DNA of 64,000 nucleotides, taken from the human T2T-CHM13v2.0 reference genome, Homo sapiens. The stretch is from NCBI RefSeq assembly GCF_009914755.1, contig NC_060936.1; one strand, 5' to 3'. Shown here in pieces: positions 1-12,975 of this stretch. The position numbers were made by a program, and so were the translations under genes. Numbering within the stretch: position 1 is the first letter of the stretch; the number at the start of each line of letters is the position of its first letter. Under the pieces are notes generated by a model. The model was not told where the DNA came from. It did not search any database and was given only the letters and a program-made list of their open reading frames with translations.

Positions 1-2365
1 GGTTTCTTCTTACGACGCTGCCCTTGCGTGGGTTCACTCGCGTTGCTCCTCAGGAGAAATGAGAGCGTGTGTTTTCCTCCGGTGACCTGGAAAGGGACCT
101 TCTGTGGCTGGCCGGGCACTCTGGCTTCCATGGGCCTCTGTCCCATTTCTTCGCCTTTCATGTCCTTGAGGCTTGTTGAGCTTCTATCATCTGTGAGTTC
201 ACAGTTGGCGTCAGATTTGGAAATTTTGGAGTCATGATTTTTTCATATCTTTTCAGTGTCTCCATGGTCGGCTCTCCTTCAGGGACCCCCATACGTATTA
301 CGGTTGTGCGTGGGGTACTCTTACACTCACGGGGGTGCCGGGCCCCTGGAACCTGCAACTCACGCAGGATGCTCTTTTAACTTACTCTATTATGTTTCCT
401 GTTTTATACGGTGCTGTATCGTTGGCTCTGTCTTTAAGATCATTCACCTTTTCCTCCATGTGTGGTCTGTGAACCCCATCCATTGTAGCCTTGATTTCTA
501 GAAGTTTGGTTTGCATATTTTTAAATGGTCTATGTTTCTACTTAGCTCTTTCAACACAGGGAATGCAGTCAGGATGACTGTCAGTGTCTGTCTGGCGATT
601 CTAACACTTGTGTTAGTTCTGACCAGGATTTCGCAGTGGATTTTTCCTCCCCTTACGGGTGGGTTTTCCTGCTTCCCCGAATGTAATCTTTGAATCGATG
701 GCAGACATTGTTAACATCACCTTTGTTGGGTGTGGATGTTTGTGTTTATGTGGAAACATTCCTGCACCTTTTTCTGGCGTGCGGTTCAGTTACATGGAAA
801 AGGTTTGGCCTCTCAGGTCTTATTTTAAAGTGGCCATCAGGGCCGAATGTTCTGCCCATTTTGTCCACACTAATTATCCCTCTTTGGGGAGCAAGACCCT
901 TGTGAGATGCCACCGCCACCCTCGGGAGGCCTCCAGGCTGGGGGACGGGCACTGTGGGCTGCTGGTGTAGGGCCGGACGCTCTCTGACAGTGTTGCCCCT
1001 GGCCTCCAGCGGCTTCCTCCCAAGCTGGGTTGGGGCTCTTCTGAACGCTCCCCTCCATGCCCTGTCCTGGGAACTTTAACCCTCTGGGCCTCCCGGAGCC
1101 CTCTGTCTCCCCTGTCCCAGGGGGTCTGCTGGGCTCCACCGGGCCCCGCCCTGAATGCAGCCTGGAGCAACGCTGGAGGCCGGGGCTAGGAAGCTGTGAG
1201 CCCCGCCTTGTCTGTGTCTTTCTCAGGGATTCTCGTCCTTTCCAACCTGGTGCCCGATGTCCGGAAGCACCTCTTCTGTGTTTTCAAATGGGAGAGCGAA
1301 TCCAGTCCTTTTCACTCCATTTTGGCCAGAAACAGAAGTCCTCCGTGATTTATATTTTTACTAGAGTCTTTTAAAGGGGCACAAATGGGGGTGTTTTGCA
1401 GGCATACAGAAGCCCCCGTCACTCCTCCCGCCTTGTCTCTGAACCGCTGTGGGGTGGGGAGGGGTCTCTTCTCTCTCCAACCCACATCACTTTCACCCCC
1501 CGCCGGCCAAGGCTGCGTTTCCCTCGCCCCCACCCCAGTCCCCCGCGTTGGTAGTGGGATCGGTTTGGTATTCTGAGGCTTCTCTCATTTCTCCTTTATC
1601 ACCATCTGCCCCACAGCAGGCAGGCCCGGAGCCTCTGCAGAAGGGGGAACCGGGTGCAGGCCCAACGCCAGTCTCTCAGTGTGGCAGCCTTGCGCGCGAG
1701 CAGAAGGCAGAAGGCCTAGTTCCTACTCTGCAGCCTTGGCTGCCGGGCACGGAGAACGTTTTAGCAGAAACACCTCTGCAAAACCACTTCCTGGCCCGGG
1801 CCCAGCCAAACACCATCTTCTCCTCCACCCCAGGGCTCCGCCCCCATCTCCAGGCTTAGCCCAGCACCCCCACCCCCGAAACCCCCAGCCCCACTGCATC
1901 TGCCCTGGCCATCTGCCTCCGCCCTGCCTCGCTAACACAGTTATTAATGAGCAATTTTCCTGTAATTACAACGCAGTTATGCCAGTTACCCCGACCTGCT
2001 GACAGAGAGCATTCACTTCCATGTGGCACTAGCCCCCAGGCCTGAGAGGACGCAAACACTTGCCCCTCATTCGCTGCCCCCACCCCCACTCTGCCAGCCA
2101 GCACCACCCTCCACCCACTCTAGGCCCTTAAGAAAGGAGGGAAGGGCCGCGGGGAGGAGCTCTCAGATCCCGAGGCCCCACTCCCCCTGCAAGGAAGGCT
2201 GTGAGCTCGGCCCCAGCCCACCTGCCAGCTCCCCAAACACCTCCCACCTCCCTCCGCCGCCTCCTGAAGGGACTACACTCCCCTGGCTCCTCCAAAATCC
2301 GCTAATGAACAGCAGGCGCAGAGGCTCCGCCACCGGCGTGCTCCTGGCCTCAGCCCTCCCTGTTC

Positions 2366-3322
2366 TGAAACCGCCTTTGCTAAGACGGTAGTAGTGAGGA
2401 ATCACGACAGTGGCAGAGGCCAACCTGACCCGCTCCACCTGCCTCCACCCCAACCCGCCCGGCTGCTTCCTGAGCGTGGGCCAAACTAACTTTGACCGGA
2501 ACTTAGTTTACAGTTTAAGTTGGGAACAAAAAGGATAACAGCCCCTCCCCAAAACAGATTCCCTCCTCGCTTGGGGGGACCAGTCCCGTTGTAAAACCGA
2601 CAAATAACAGCAGGATTAGGAATTCCGGCTCAGGATTCACGCAGCCAGACGCCACAGGACTCCTCCCCAGCCGCTCCTGTATATGACGTCACCGCCGTAA
2701 GACCACAGGACACCGCCCCAGCCGCGCCTGTAGATGACGTCACCATCGTAAGACCACAGGACCCTTCCCAGCCGCTCCTGTATATGACGTCACCGCCGTA
2801 AGACCACAAGTCACCGCCCCAGCCGCTCCTGTAGATGACGTCACCACAGTAAGACCACAGGATACCGCCCCAGCCGCGCCTGTAGATGACGTCACCATCG
2901 TAGGCCCACAGGACCCTTCCCAGCCGCTCCTGTGGATGACGTCACCGCCGTAGGACCTAAGATTGATGCTGGAGAGGTTCTTCAGACCCTGCGTTCTGAC
3001 GGCTCCGCTGGCACCACCCGGACGGGTAAACTAGCTCTTCCGGTCTGTGGCCCTCACAGGAACCGACTCGGTGCAGGAGGACAGCTTCAGCCCCTGTGAT
3101 TTCATCCCCGACCAACCAGCCAGCACTCCCCACTCCCTAGCCCCCTGCCTGCCAAACTATCTTTTAAAAAACTCCAGTTTCCAAATTTTCAGGGAGGCTG
3201 ATTTGAGTAATAATAAAACTCCAGTCTCCTGCTAGCTGGCTCTGGATGCACTAGACTCTATTGCAATTCTCCTGTCCTGATAAATCGGCTGTCAGGCAAG
3301 AAGAACCCGTTGGGTGGTTACA
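2366..3322 (+). mobile_element. Solo ERV1 LTR, LTR8 family, with internal minisatellite expansion
   Basis: Begins TGAAACCGCCTTTGC and ends GGGTGGTTACA (TG...CA). 4-bp near-TSD GTTC/GTTT. AATAAA at 3212-3217. Internal segments match the recalled LTR8 consensus. Confidence 0.85.
2652..2958. repeat. 50-51-bp minisatellite x6, each unit with TGACGTCA
   Basis: TGACGTCA starts at 2684, 2735, 2785, 2836, 2887 and 2937. Confidence 0.97.
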
Positions 3323-3511
3323 GTTTCAAGGCTATATTCAGAGAACTATCCACTAATAAAATCTCTGTTTATGCAGTAGGTCCCACCCCACACCCTCCCT
3401 GCTCAAACTGCTGCAATCCCGGCACAGCTTTGTTGACAATGTACCCATCAGCCAACAAAATGTAACAAAATGCACTTTCTTTTAGTTATCTCCTGCTACG
3501 TAATAAACTTC

Positions 3512-3614
3512 CCCGGGAGGTGGAGGTTGCCATGAGCCGAGATTGCACCATTGCACTCCAGCCTGGGCAACAAGAGCAAGACTCCGTCTCAAAAATAAAT
3601 AAATAAATAAATAA
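3512..3614 (+). mobile_element. 5'-truncated Alu (right-arm fragment) with (TAAA)n tail
   Basis: CCCGGGAGGTGGAGGTTGC...GACTCCGTCTCAAAAATAAATAAAT. Flanks AATAAACTTCCCCGG / AATAAGCCTCCCCGG resemble a TSD. Confidence 0.9.
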
Positions 3615-5382
3615 GCCTCCCCGGAGCTTGATGGCCTAAATAGCAATCTACCGTGAGTGCTCAGGGCTCTGGGGTTGACTGGGCTGCGCTGGGTGCTTCC
3701 TGCCTAGGGTCTCCAGTGTGGTTGCAGCAAATGCAGGCTGGAGCTGTCCAGCATCTCTTTCTGAGTAGCCTCTCCACGCTCAGCTTGGACCCCCTCACAG
3801 CATGGCTGCCAGGGTCATCAAGCTTCTTGGCAGGCAGCTGGCCTCCCCTAGGACAAATCCCACAAAGCTGAGGCAGGAGTTCCAGGGCTACTAAGACGCC
3901 GTCTCAGAGTCACAGTCTGCCACCTCCAGCTCATGCCACTGGCTACACAGGCCCAGAGTCCGTGCGTCTGGGGAGGCACCATCCTGAGAAGCCATCTTAC
4001 GAGTGAGAAGTGGGTGCCAGGAAATGGGGTGCCACCATGATTAGCACCCCAAATATGTGCTGTCACCTTTGGAGTCACGCAGAACCTGGGGGCCTCCAGG
4101 AGTCTACGGGGGATGGTGGGAAGGCTGGGGAGGAGGATGGGAAGGAGACCCCCGCTGAGGGCAGGTGGAGCGCTGGGATGGCACCACCTCTGGCTGCGGG
4201 GAAGGTCGTGGCCCGGCGAGGACCTGTCTAGACAGAGGCTGAAGTTGGGGGCGGGGAGGTGGGGGGCAGGCACGTGAGGAGCCGTTGAGTTTGCAGAATC
4301 TGGAGGAATCAAGAGGGCCCAGGACAGTCTTTTAAGCCAGTACCAGGTTCTCAAAGTGAGAAATGGCCTCTGGCCTAAGGGTGAAGACCTCAAAGGCGTG
4401 GCTGAAGCAGCTTTATTGAGATTTGCAAGATTCACAAGCTATCTTTTAGACTCGATACAGTCAGGCCTCTGGGAACCTCGAGGGCGCCCTTCCGCAGCCT
4501 CCTGGGTCTCAGCCCAAGGAGACAAGAGCTTGCCCCGGCGAGCAGGTGTGGGTTAACTCAGTCACGCCCGCAGGAGACACACAGGGTTTCTGCAGAGAGC
4601 TCTGTTGTGGAAGTGCCGTCAGAGAGAGGCGGCTCGGTGTGGAAACAGGCCTCTTTATGCTCAGGAGGCAGGCTGAGAAGCTGCCCGGCCACAAGCACAG
4701 GCCACCTGTTGCAGAAGAGGGACCTTAACTCTGACCTCAGCCAAGAGCCCAGGAGACACAGCCTGGGGTCACAAAGAGTCAGCTCCTAGGAGCAGGTGGT
4801 GCTCACCTAGAAGCTGCTGGTGTGGACCTGGCTGGACCTCAGGTTTCTGCCAACCGTGTCTGCTCCTCCTGTCCCTGCTGTTTGAACGGGGGTGTCGGCG
4901 TGTTCGTCCCGCCCCTGCCTTGTCATCGCATATTGGGTCTAGGGCCCCAGAGAAGTGCACGCCTGTGATCCCAGGCTTCTTAGTTCAGTTCCTCAGATGG
5001 AGATGTGGGTGAGAGACGCTGAGGGCCTCCTCCCCAGCCCTCGTTCTGATATGATCAAGGACTCCAAGCCTGGGCCTGAGGATGCAGCGGAATGAGAGGC
5101 CGAGGTCTCTGGAGATTGAGTGTGTTTTCACGTGGAGCTAAGGGTCACTGAGTGAGAGGGTGGCCGCCCCTTGTGCTGGCTTCTCCCTTGATGAATCTGG
5201 ACTGGCCCCGAGCTACAGACTGAATCATCCCAAACTGGGAGACTTACACAAGCCTCCCTCCGGCTTCCAAAAGTTCCTTGGCTTGAGGATAACTTGGCAA
5301 TCTCCCCTTGTGGAAGGACCCCAGTCCAGGATGGCCTCATCTTTGCTCATCACATCTGCGACACGGCCCTATTTCTAAATAA

Positions 5383-5996
<614 letters not shown>

Positions 5997-6309
5997 TGAA
6001 AAATTTATTTTTTTAAAAAGAGAGAAGTGCTTAGGAAATTCAATAAACTTACCTTTTTTTTTTCTTTCAAAAATTGCCCCGCTTGGAGCATGCTTTGAAA
6101 GTCACAAATAAAGGCTGTTATGTCGTGGCATTCAACCATTTTTGTCTGAAAAGCAACTTCCAAAAATCAGCTGTAGATTCGTTGTGTTTCTTTCTAAAAA
6201 TGAAGTGTTGTAATTAACACTACCCAGTTTCATAAATAAACAAAACATATTTTCTTGCATTCTAGTTTCGGGTTTCAGGATGAAACCTCCATCGATATCT
6301 CTAGTTCCT

Positions 6310-6560
6310 TCAAGTCTGCTGAAATGTCACCTTCCCTGCGGCAAGCATATTTTAGGTAAGGCGTAAATGCAGCCTGCCCCTCCCGGCACCCCACTTCCCC
6401 TTGACTTATTTGAGTGATGTGTTTACCTGTGATGACCGCGGCTCATATCTCCCCACCAACCTCTGGGGGCCCCAGGAGGGCAGAGAGCATGTGCTGTGTT
6501 CACTGTTGCTTTGAAAGTGCTTAGAACTGTGTCTGGTACATAGTAAATGTTCAATTAAAT
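6310..6560 (+). mobile_element. L2 3' fragment
   Basis: Degenerate L2 terminus GTGCTTAGAACTGTGTCTGGTACATAGTAAATGTTCAATTAA. Confidence 0.6.
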
Positions 6561-6614
6561 TTTTTTTTTTACAGTTTCACTTTTCACACTTAAGCGTTTA
6601 ATCCACTTGCAGTA

Positions 6615-6791
6615 TAGTCATCCCTCGATATCCTCGGGATTGGTTTCAGGACCGCCCTTGGATCCTGAAATCAGCAGGTTCCCAAGGCCCTGGTATAAAG
6701 TGGCCTGGTATTTGCATAGAGCCTACCCACCTTCTCCCAATACTTTCAGTCATCTCTGGATGATTTGTAATACCTAATGCCATGTAAATGC
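6615..6791 (+). mobile_element. MER2-like DNA transposon fragment (TcMar-Tigger)
   Basis: AGTCATCCCTCGATATCC...GGATTGGTTTCAGGACC...GTATTTGCATA...TCATCTCTGGATGATTTGTAATACCTAAT matches the recalled MER2 consensus. Confidence 0.75.
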
Positions 6792-8704
6792 ATCCCCTGG
6801 CGTTCCCGGATACCTGCCTGCATCACACAGTCCCTGCCTGTCCATCTCGCAGCTTTACAGCCCAGGAAGGCCCAGGCCCGGCTCCTCCCGACCTCTCCCG
6901 AAGTCCCTTTCCCCCAGCCTTGGTCCCAGAAACAACCAGCTCGAGGTGGGGGCAGTGAACGCTCAGGGTGGAGTTGCAGGCTAAGCCCTCCTAAGCTGCC
7001 AGGGAGAAGCGCTTTTCTGCCAGCAGCTCTGCGGAGGAAAATTGATTTCCTTGGTAATGAAGTGTTAACCCGCTGGGGGTGCTCGGAGCCGCGCCAGGCA
7101 GGCGGGAGGCCCCAGTTTGCACAGGCAGTCTTCCCAGACATGTCTCAGAGTCCTCGTCCCAAGCTGCCTGGGGCCCCGGGTGGGCCTGGAGTGACCAAGG
7201 GCACACAGACCTGCTTGCGGGGTGAGCTGAGCCGGCAGGGCCCAGCTCCCCAGGCCGGGAGGCTCCATCACCTCGTAATCATCTGGTGGTCTGGTGCCTG
7301 CCGGTCCAGGAGAGTCGCACACACAGTAAAATCCTCCAAAATCAAACACAGCTGCTTTTGCTCCTCCTGGAAAGGCAATGAGAAGCCCCAGAGGAGGTTA
7401 ATGAAGTGCCTTGGAGCCCTCGGCCTTAGCCTGCAGCTGCTGATTTTCCAAGCAGGGCCATCTGAATGGGGGAGGCTTCTCCCAGGGTCCCTGGGCTGAT
7501 GTAGGGGCTCAGCCATCTCAGTCCCTGAGGCTGGACCCCTCCTTGATGAGGGTCATGGTCCGACAGGGAGGGCCAGGCAGCATCAGCGCAGGTGTGGCCA
7601 CTCCCTCCCTCCCCTCCTCCTCTGCTGGCCCCATGGCAGCCCCCCAGGAGCCACACAGCCTTGAATCCCCTCAGGGAGGCCCCCAAGGCCCGTTTGGGGA
7701 GCTGCCCACGCGGAGCCCAGCACGCCCGCCCGGCTTCTGCAGGGAGGGGCCCATCTCTTCCTGGCTGTGCTGGGTTTTCCAGTCCAGGCCAGAGGGGAAA
7801 CTCCCATGATCGAGCCCAGCCGAGCCCCCTGCTCCAGCCCTGGGGGGCCGAGGAAGAGCAGGTTCTGAGACCCCGACCAGCTCAGGGCATCCAGGAGGGG
7901 CCAGGGCACCCTCTGTGCGGCTGGGGTGTCCTCCCAGTCTCCCCTCCTGCTGTCACTGGCCCGCGAGGCATCTGGAGGGCCCACACCTGCCAGTGACCCC
8001 TCTGGGGGGTTGTCCCAGGCTGCGCTGACTTCCTTTCTGTGGCGCAGATGACACAGACGGCGACTCTCCAGGGCGGGGCAGGGGCTGGCAGGGCCGCCGG
8101 GTGTTCCCTGACCCTGGAGGCTTCGGGGAGGGAGGGGAGGACGCCAAGCAGGGGCGGGAGCTTAGAGTCCCCCCCACAGCTCATCAGGCCACACGAGTCC
8201 TGCAGGGTGGTCTGGGATGGCCCCTCACCCTCTGACGTCCTCTTGGGCTGGGCCAGTGAGGAGCAGCCACAGGAAGGCGGAGGGTCGGGGGTGGAGGTTG
8301 GAAGGCAGAGGGCGGAGGGCGGGCGGGGGCATCCATTCTCCCGAACAGGGGTCTTGCTGCGCGACTCTTCCATCTCACGCTGCCGGACCTGTCTCTTCCC
8401 CGCCGTCCACGCTGGGGACGGTTTTAGTGATTTCCCCGGGTTCTGTGCCCTAAATCCTGCCACAGTTCAGCCACATCCCCCTCATTACTCCTAATTTGGA
8501 TTCCCAGGTGGAGGGGCCAGCCCACCCTGGCTGCAGTGGGAGGGCAGCCCCTGAGTGCACAGCCTGTGGCCCACAGAGGACGGGGTCTGCGCTCTGAGGA
8601 GGGTTCCCGGCCCGCATCGGTCAAGGCAGAGATGAGGAGGAGGCCATGAGGCTGGCGTGGTGTGGCCACAGCCCAGCTAGAGGGGAGGGCATTTGCACGG
8701 GATC

Positions 8705-8870
8705 CAGTGGTGTTTCCCCAAATTCGCATCCACTGAAACCTCGGAACGTGGCCTCTGCAGGTGTGATGTGAAGTGAGGATGAGGTCATCTTGGATTGGGG
8801 TGGGCCCTAAATCCAATGACTGGTGTCATAAGAGAGGAGAGACAGATACACACAGAGAGGGGATGACCGT
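8705..8870 (+). mobile_element. MLT1 (MaLR) LTR fragment
   Basis: GATGAGGTCATCTTGGATTGGGGTGGGCCCTAAATCCAATGACTGGTGTC is typical of MLT1. Confidence 0.75.
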
Positions 8871-10904
8871 GAAGAGGGAGGCAGAAACGCACACAGATAC
8901 ACACATACTCAGGGAAGAGGAACAACAGGCCAGAGGGGCCGTCAAACCCTCTCGGGGGTTTGAACTCCACCTACGGCGTGTTTCAGTCTTAAAATGTCCA
9001 TGATTCTTTTGTCACGATTTCCAATTCTCTGATGAAATTCTCCCTCTTACATATTGTCTTGAATACACCGATGCTGCTGTTTTAAACTCCCGTCGCTGCT
9101 GCGTCTGTTTCTATTGACTTTCCTCTGCTGCTGCTGCTGGCTTTATTACCTGGTCCTGTCACCCCCATGCCTGGATATTTTTGATTGAATGCTTGGCGTT
9201 GTGAATACACATTTACAGTGGGCTTGGGTGATGTTGTCTTCCTCTGGAGATGAGTTGCTTTTCTTTAGGATGGTAGTTAGGGTTAGGGGTCGACTGCCAT
9301 GACCCCATCAGGGCCGGGACCACTGGAGGCCGCCAGTCTCCACGAGGGCGGGAACTGGAGGCCGCCGGTCTGCATGAGGCTGCTCTCCTCTGGTCCCCCT
9401 CACTCCCAGGCTGCGGCATTCAAGGGCATCAACAGAAAGCCTGATGCAAGTTCTTCCCTCCCAGCTCTGACTGCCAGGAAACCTGAGGCTGCCTCAGGGA
9501 AATGAGGTCTCCTCCTCCTCCTTGGGGCCGTCACCCCTCAAGTCCCAGCTGCCTTGGTTACTCTCTGGCACCTTTGAACTGCCACCTGTTCCTCTGGCCC
9601 AGCTTTGAAAGCAACTCCCAGGAGCAGGTGTGCTTGGACCCTGCGGCCCTGCGGACAGACCCCTCACTGACCTCCCCTTCATTAATCCCATCCAAACGAG
9701 GCCACGTTCTGAGTTCATCCTGGTGAATTTCGGGGACACTCTTCAACCCAGTGCGCCGTCCCCCACAGAGCAAGCCAACATCCTGATGGGGCAGCCTTTG
9801 CCACTTTGCCCCCGCTGGCCCCATCACACTGCCCCCCAGCCACCACACCTCCCGGAGGGGCCTCACACGCTGCAGCCCTCCATCCTCAGGCCTGGCGTTG
9901 GCTGCTCCTTGGCTTGTGTGCCCCTCCCTGCACCCCAATATGCCAGGATCTCCCCGCACCTCCTCATTCTACCATCACCTCACGGAGACATCCTGGTCAC
10001 CCCGTGAGGCATTGCTCACGCCCTCCCCGGCACTCCACAGCCTTGAAGGGCACTGACCGCCAGTGCCTCCACCCACTGTGCCTCCTGCCCAGACTGCAAC
10101 CCCCCAAGCCAGGGCTCGTCTCCGGTTCACGGCTGTGTCCCACATGTCTGTGGTGCCTCCCAGCTCCAGGGAGGTCTGGGTCCTGTCGGGGGGTGGGGGG
10201 CAGCCTCCGTGGCCAAGGGTCTCCCAGGCTGCTGTCAGGCCAGGCTCGCCAGCCGGGCTCCTGATCACCTTCCTGGGCCAGCCTCTCCAGGAACCCAGGA
10301 GCCAGAGGGCGGCTGATGTAACTGAATTCCAGAATCCGTCATGAGCCGGGAAGTGAGTGCCTGCGGTTTGTGGGGCTGAGGTGACCGGCCAACGCCTTTG
10401 GGGCTTTGTTACTCCTCACACGGGGAGGTTGATTGGAGCCAGGAGCCCTGCAGTGGCTCCAGGCCTGCTGCTCCAATTAACCTCCCTGGCCCTGGGGAGC
10501 CGGGCCTTAGGGCTGGGGCTGGAGGGCTGCTGGCATCGGTGCCCGGGCTCAGCCTGCAGGTGGCAGGCCCTGAGGTGGAGGGGAGCATCCCGCAGCCCTG
10601 CCGCTCCCTCTGGGTGCTTGGCCTGCACCCTGCCAAGGAAACTAGCTAGTTAACCATCCCAAGTGCATCCCAGGGGCTGGGCAGAGCACAGCAGGCTTGG
10701 TCAGCAGTGATGGGGTGGAGAGATGCCTGCTCGGAGCCGGGGACACAAGACAGCTGTGGCCGACTCTGCCCCCCACCCCCAGCCCGGGCCTCCTGGGAAG
10801 GCCGTGTCTGAGTTCATGGGCCAGAAGAAGAGAGATGGATGGAGTCAGGCGGAACAGCTCTTGGCGCCAAGGAGACAGCCAGTCTTAGGTCCTGAGGAGG
10901 GAGA

Positions 10905-11262
10905 GTTAGGGGTTAGGGTTAGGTGTGATTGGTGGTGGGGGTGAGGGGCGTGGGTGTTGTTAGGATTAGGGTTAGGGGTAGATGTGATGGGTGTTGGCGG
11001 GTGAGCGGGGAGAGAGTTAGGTTTAGGGTTAGCGCTAGGATTAGGGTTGGAGTAGATGTGATGGGTGTTGGGGGTGAGGGGGCGGGGATGTTAGGATTAG
11101 GGTTGGGGTAGATGTTATGGGTGTGGGGGTTGAGGGAACGGGGGTGTTAGGTTTAGGGTTGGAGTAGATGTGATGGGTGTTGGGGGTGAGGGGGCGGTGG
11201 TGTCAGGTTTAGGGTTAGTGCTGGGATTAGGGTTGGGGTAGATGTGATGAGTGTTGGGGTGT
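10905..11262 (+). repeat. Degenerate ~56-bp repeat carrying TTAGGG hexamers (interstitial telomere-like)
   Basis: Ten exact TTAGGG copies; those at 11041, 11097, 11153 and 11209 are spaced exactly 56 bp apart. Confidence 0.8.
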
Positions 11263-12019
11263 GGTCGCAGGAGGATTTGGCTTTTATTCTGGGGGAGGTG
11301 CTGCACTGGGCTGCACAGGGTACCAGCACCGGCCTCCTCTGACCAGATGCTATTTAGACCCCTCCCCCAACCCCTGTGTCCTTGGAGCCCCTCCCTCTGC
11401 CCAGCGTCCCTCCCTGAGTTTGCTCTTCTCTGTGGTAAGAGTGAGGGCTGCCTTTGGCTTCCAGGCAGGCAGCTTGGAGGGTGGGCAGGGTGAGGAAGTG
11501 GGTTCTGCATCTCCCGGGGAGTCTGAGGCCAGAGGCAGCTCTGAGAAGCCCGGCCGTGCAGGGGGCAGCTGGGGGAGGCTGCGGCCACCCCAGGGCTCTC
11601 CTCCATGCTAAGCCAGCAACTGGAAGGCCAGGGGTAGCCGGTTGCAGATGGGGTGGGAGCCAGGGTGACCAGCCACCCGTGTTCCCCAAGACGAAGTGGG
11701 CCGTGGGGGTCCCAGGTAAACATGGGGGAATCTGTCACCCTCTGAGAGCAGAGTCCAGTGGGGACGATGCAGGTCTGGGCACGACCTCTGGGAGGGGCAG
11801 CAGGTCAGGGGGACCCCTGGTTTCCAAGGAGCAGACACTGCCAGGGGAGAGGAAGCTGTTGACCCTGGTCAGAGGCCCAGGCTGAGGAGAGTGGGGTCAG
11901 GGCCACCAGGAACAGCCGGGGGCAGTAGCTCCGACCTCACAGCAGCACCTGGACAGACACCGACTGGGGACCACAGAAAGGTCTAGGATCCATGAGTTAT
12001 GCCTGCCAACAGCAGACCC

Positions 12020-12975
12020 TGTGTATGTGTGCATGTGAACGTGTGTGAACATGTATGTGGATGTGTGTGCGTGTGGACATATGTGTGTGCATGTTGACGT
12101 GTGTGCATGTGGATGTGTGTGCGTGTGTTGTGTCTGCATGTGTGTGTGAACTTGTGTGTGCGTGCATGTGTGTGCATGTGAACGTGTGTGTGTGAACATG
12201 GATGTGTGCATGTGGGCGTGTGTATGCAAGTGGATGCGTGTGCATGTGGATGTGTGTGTGCATGTGTGTGCGTATGTGTGTGGACGTGTGTGATGCGTGT
12301 GGATATGTATGCATGTGCATTGCGTCAGTGCATTTGGACGTGTGTGTGAACTTGTGTGTGTGTGCGTGTGTGTGCATGTGAACGTGTGTGTGTGAACATG
12401 GATGTGTGCATGTGGACGTGTGCGTGTGGTGTGTCTGCATGTGTGTGTGGACTTGTGTGTGTGTGCGTCTGTGCATGTGAACGTGTGTGTGCATGTGAAC
12501 ATGGATGTGTGCATGTGGGCATGTGTATGCAAGTGGATGCATGTGCATGTGGATGTGTGTGTGCATGTGTGTGCGTATGTGTGTGTGGACGTGTGTGATG
12601 CATGTGGATATGTATGCATGTGCATTGCAGCAGTGCATTTGGACGTGTGTGTGTGGATGTGTGTGCGCGTGTGTGCATGTGAACGTGTGTGTGTGAACAT
12701 GGATGTGTGCATGTGGACGTGTGCGTGTGGTGTGTCTGCATGTGTGTGTGGACGTGTGTGATGCGTGTGGATATGTATGCATGTGCATTGCATCAGTGCA
12801 TTTGGACGTGTGTGTGTGGACGTGTGTGATGCGTGTGGATATGTATGCATGTGCATTGCCGCACTGCATTTGGACGTGTGTGTGTGGATGTGTGTGCGCT
12901 TGTGTGCCTGTGGGCGCGTGTGTGTGAACACAGGTGTGAGTGGGTGTGCACGAATCTGTGTGTGTGTGTATGAAC
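12020..12975. repeat. Complex (TG)n/TGCATG simple repeat
   Basis: ~950 bp of alternating purine-pyrimidine sequence with recurrent GTGCATGTGAACGTGTGTGTGTGAACATGGATGTG blocks. Confidence 0.95.

Noticed and set aside
10432-10477. Small hairpin (ATTGGAGC...GCTCCAAT) as a pre-miRNA
   Set aside because: The stem is too short and interrupted, and there is no other support.
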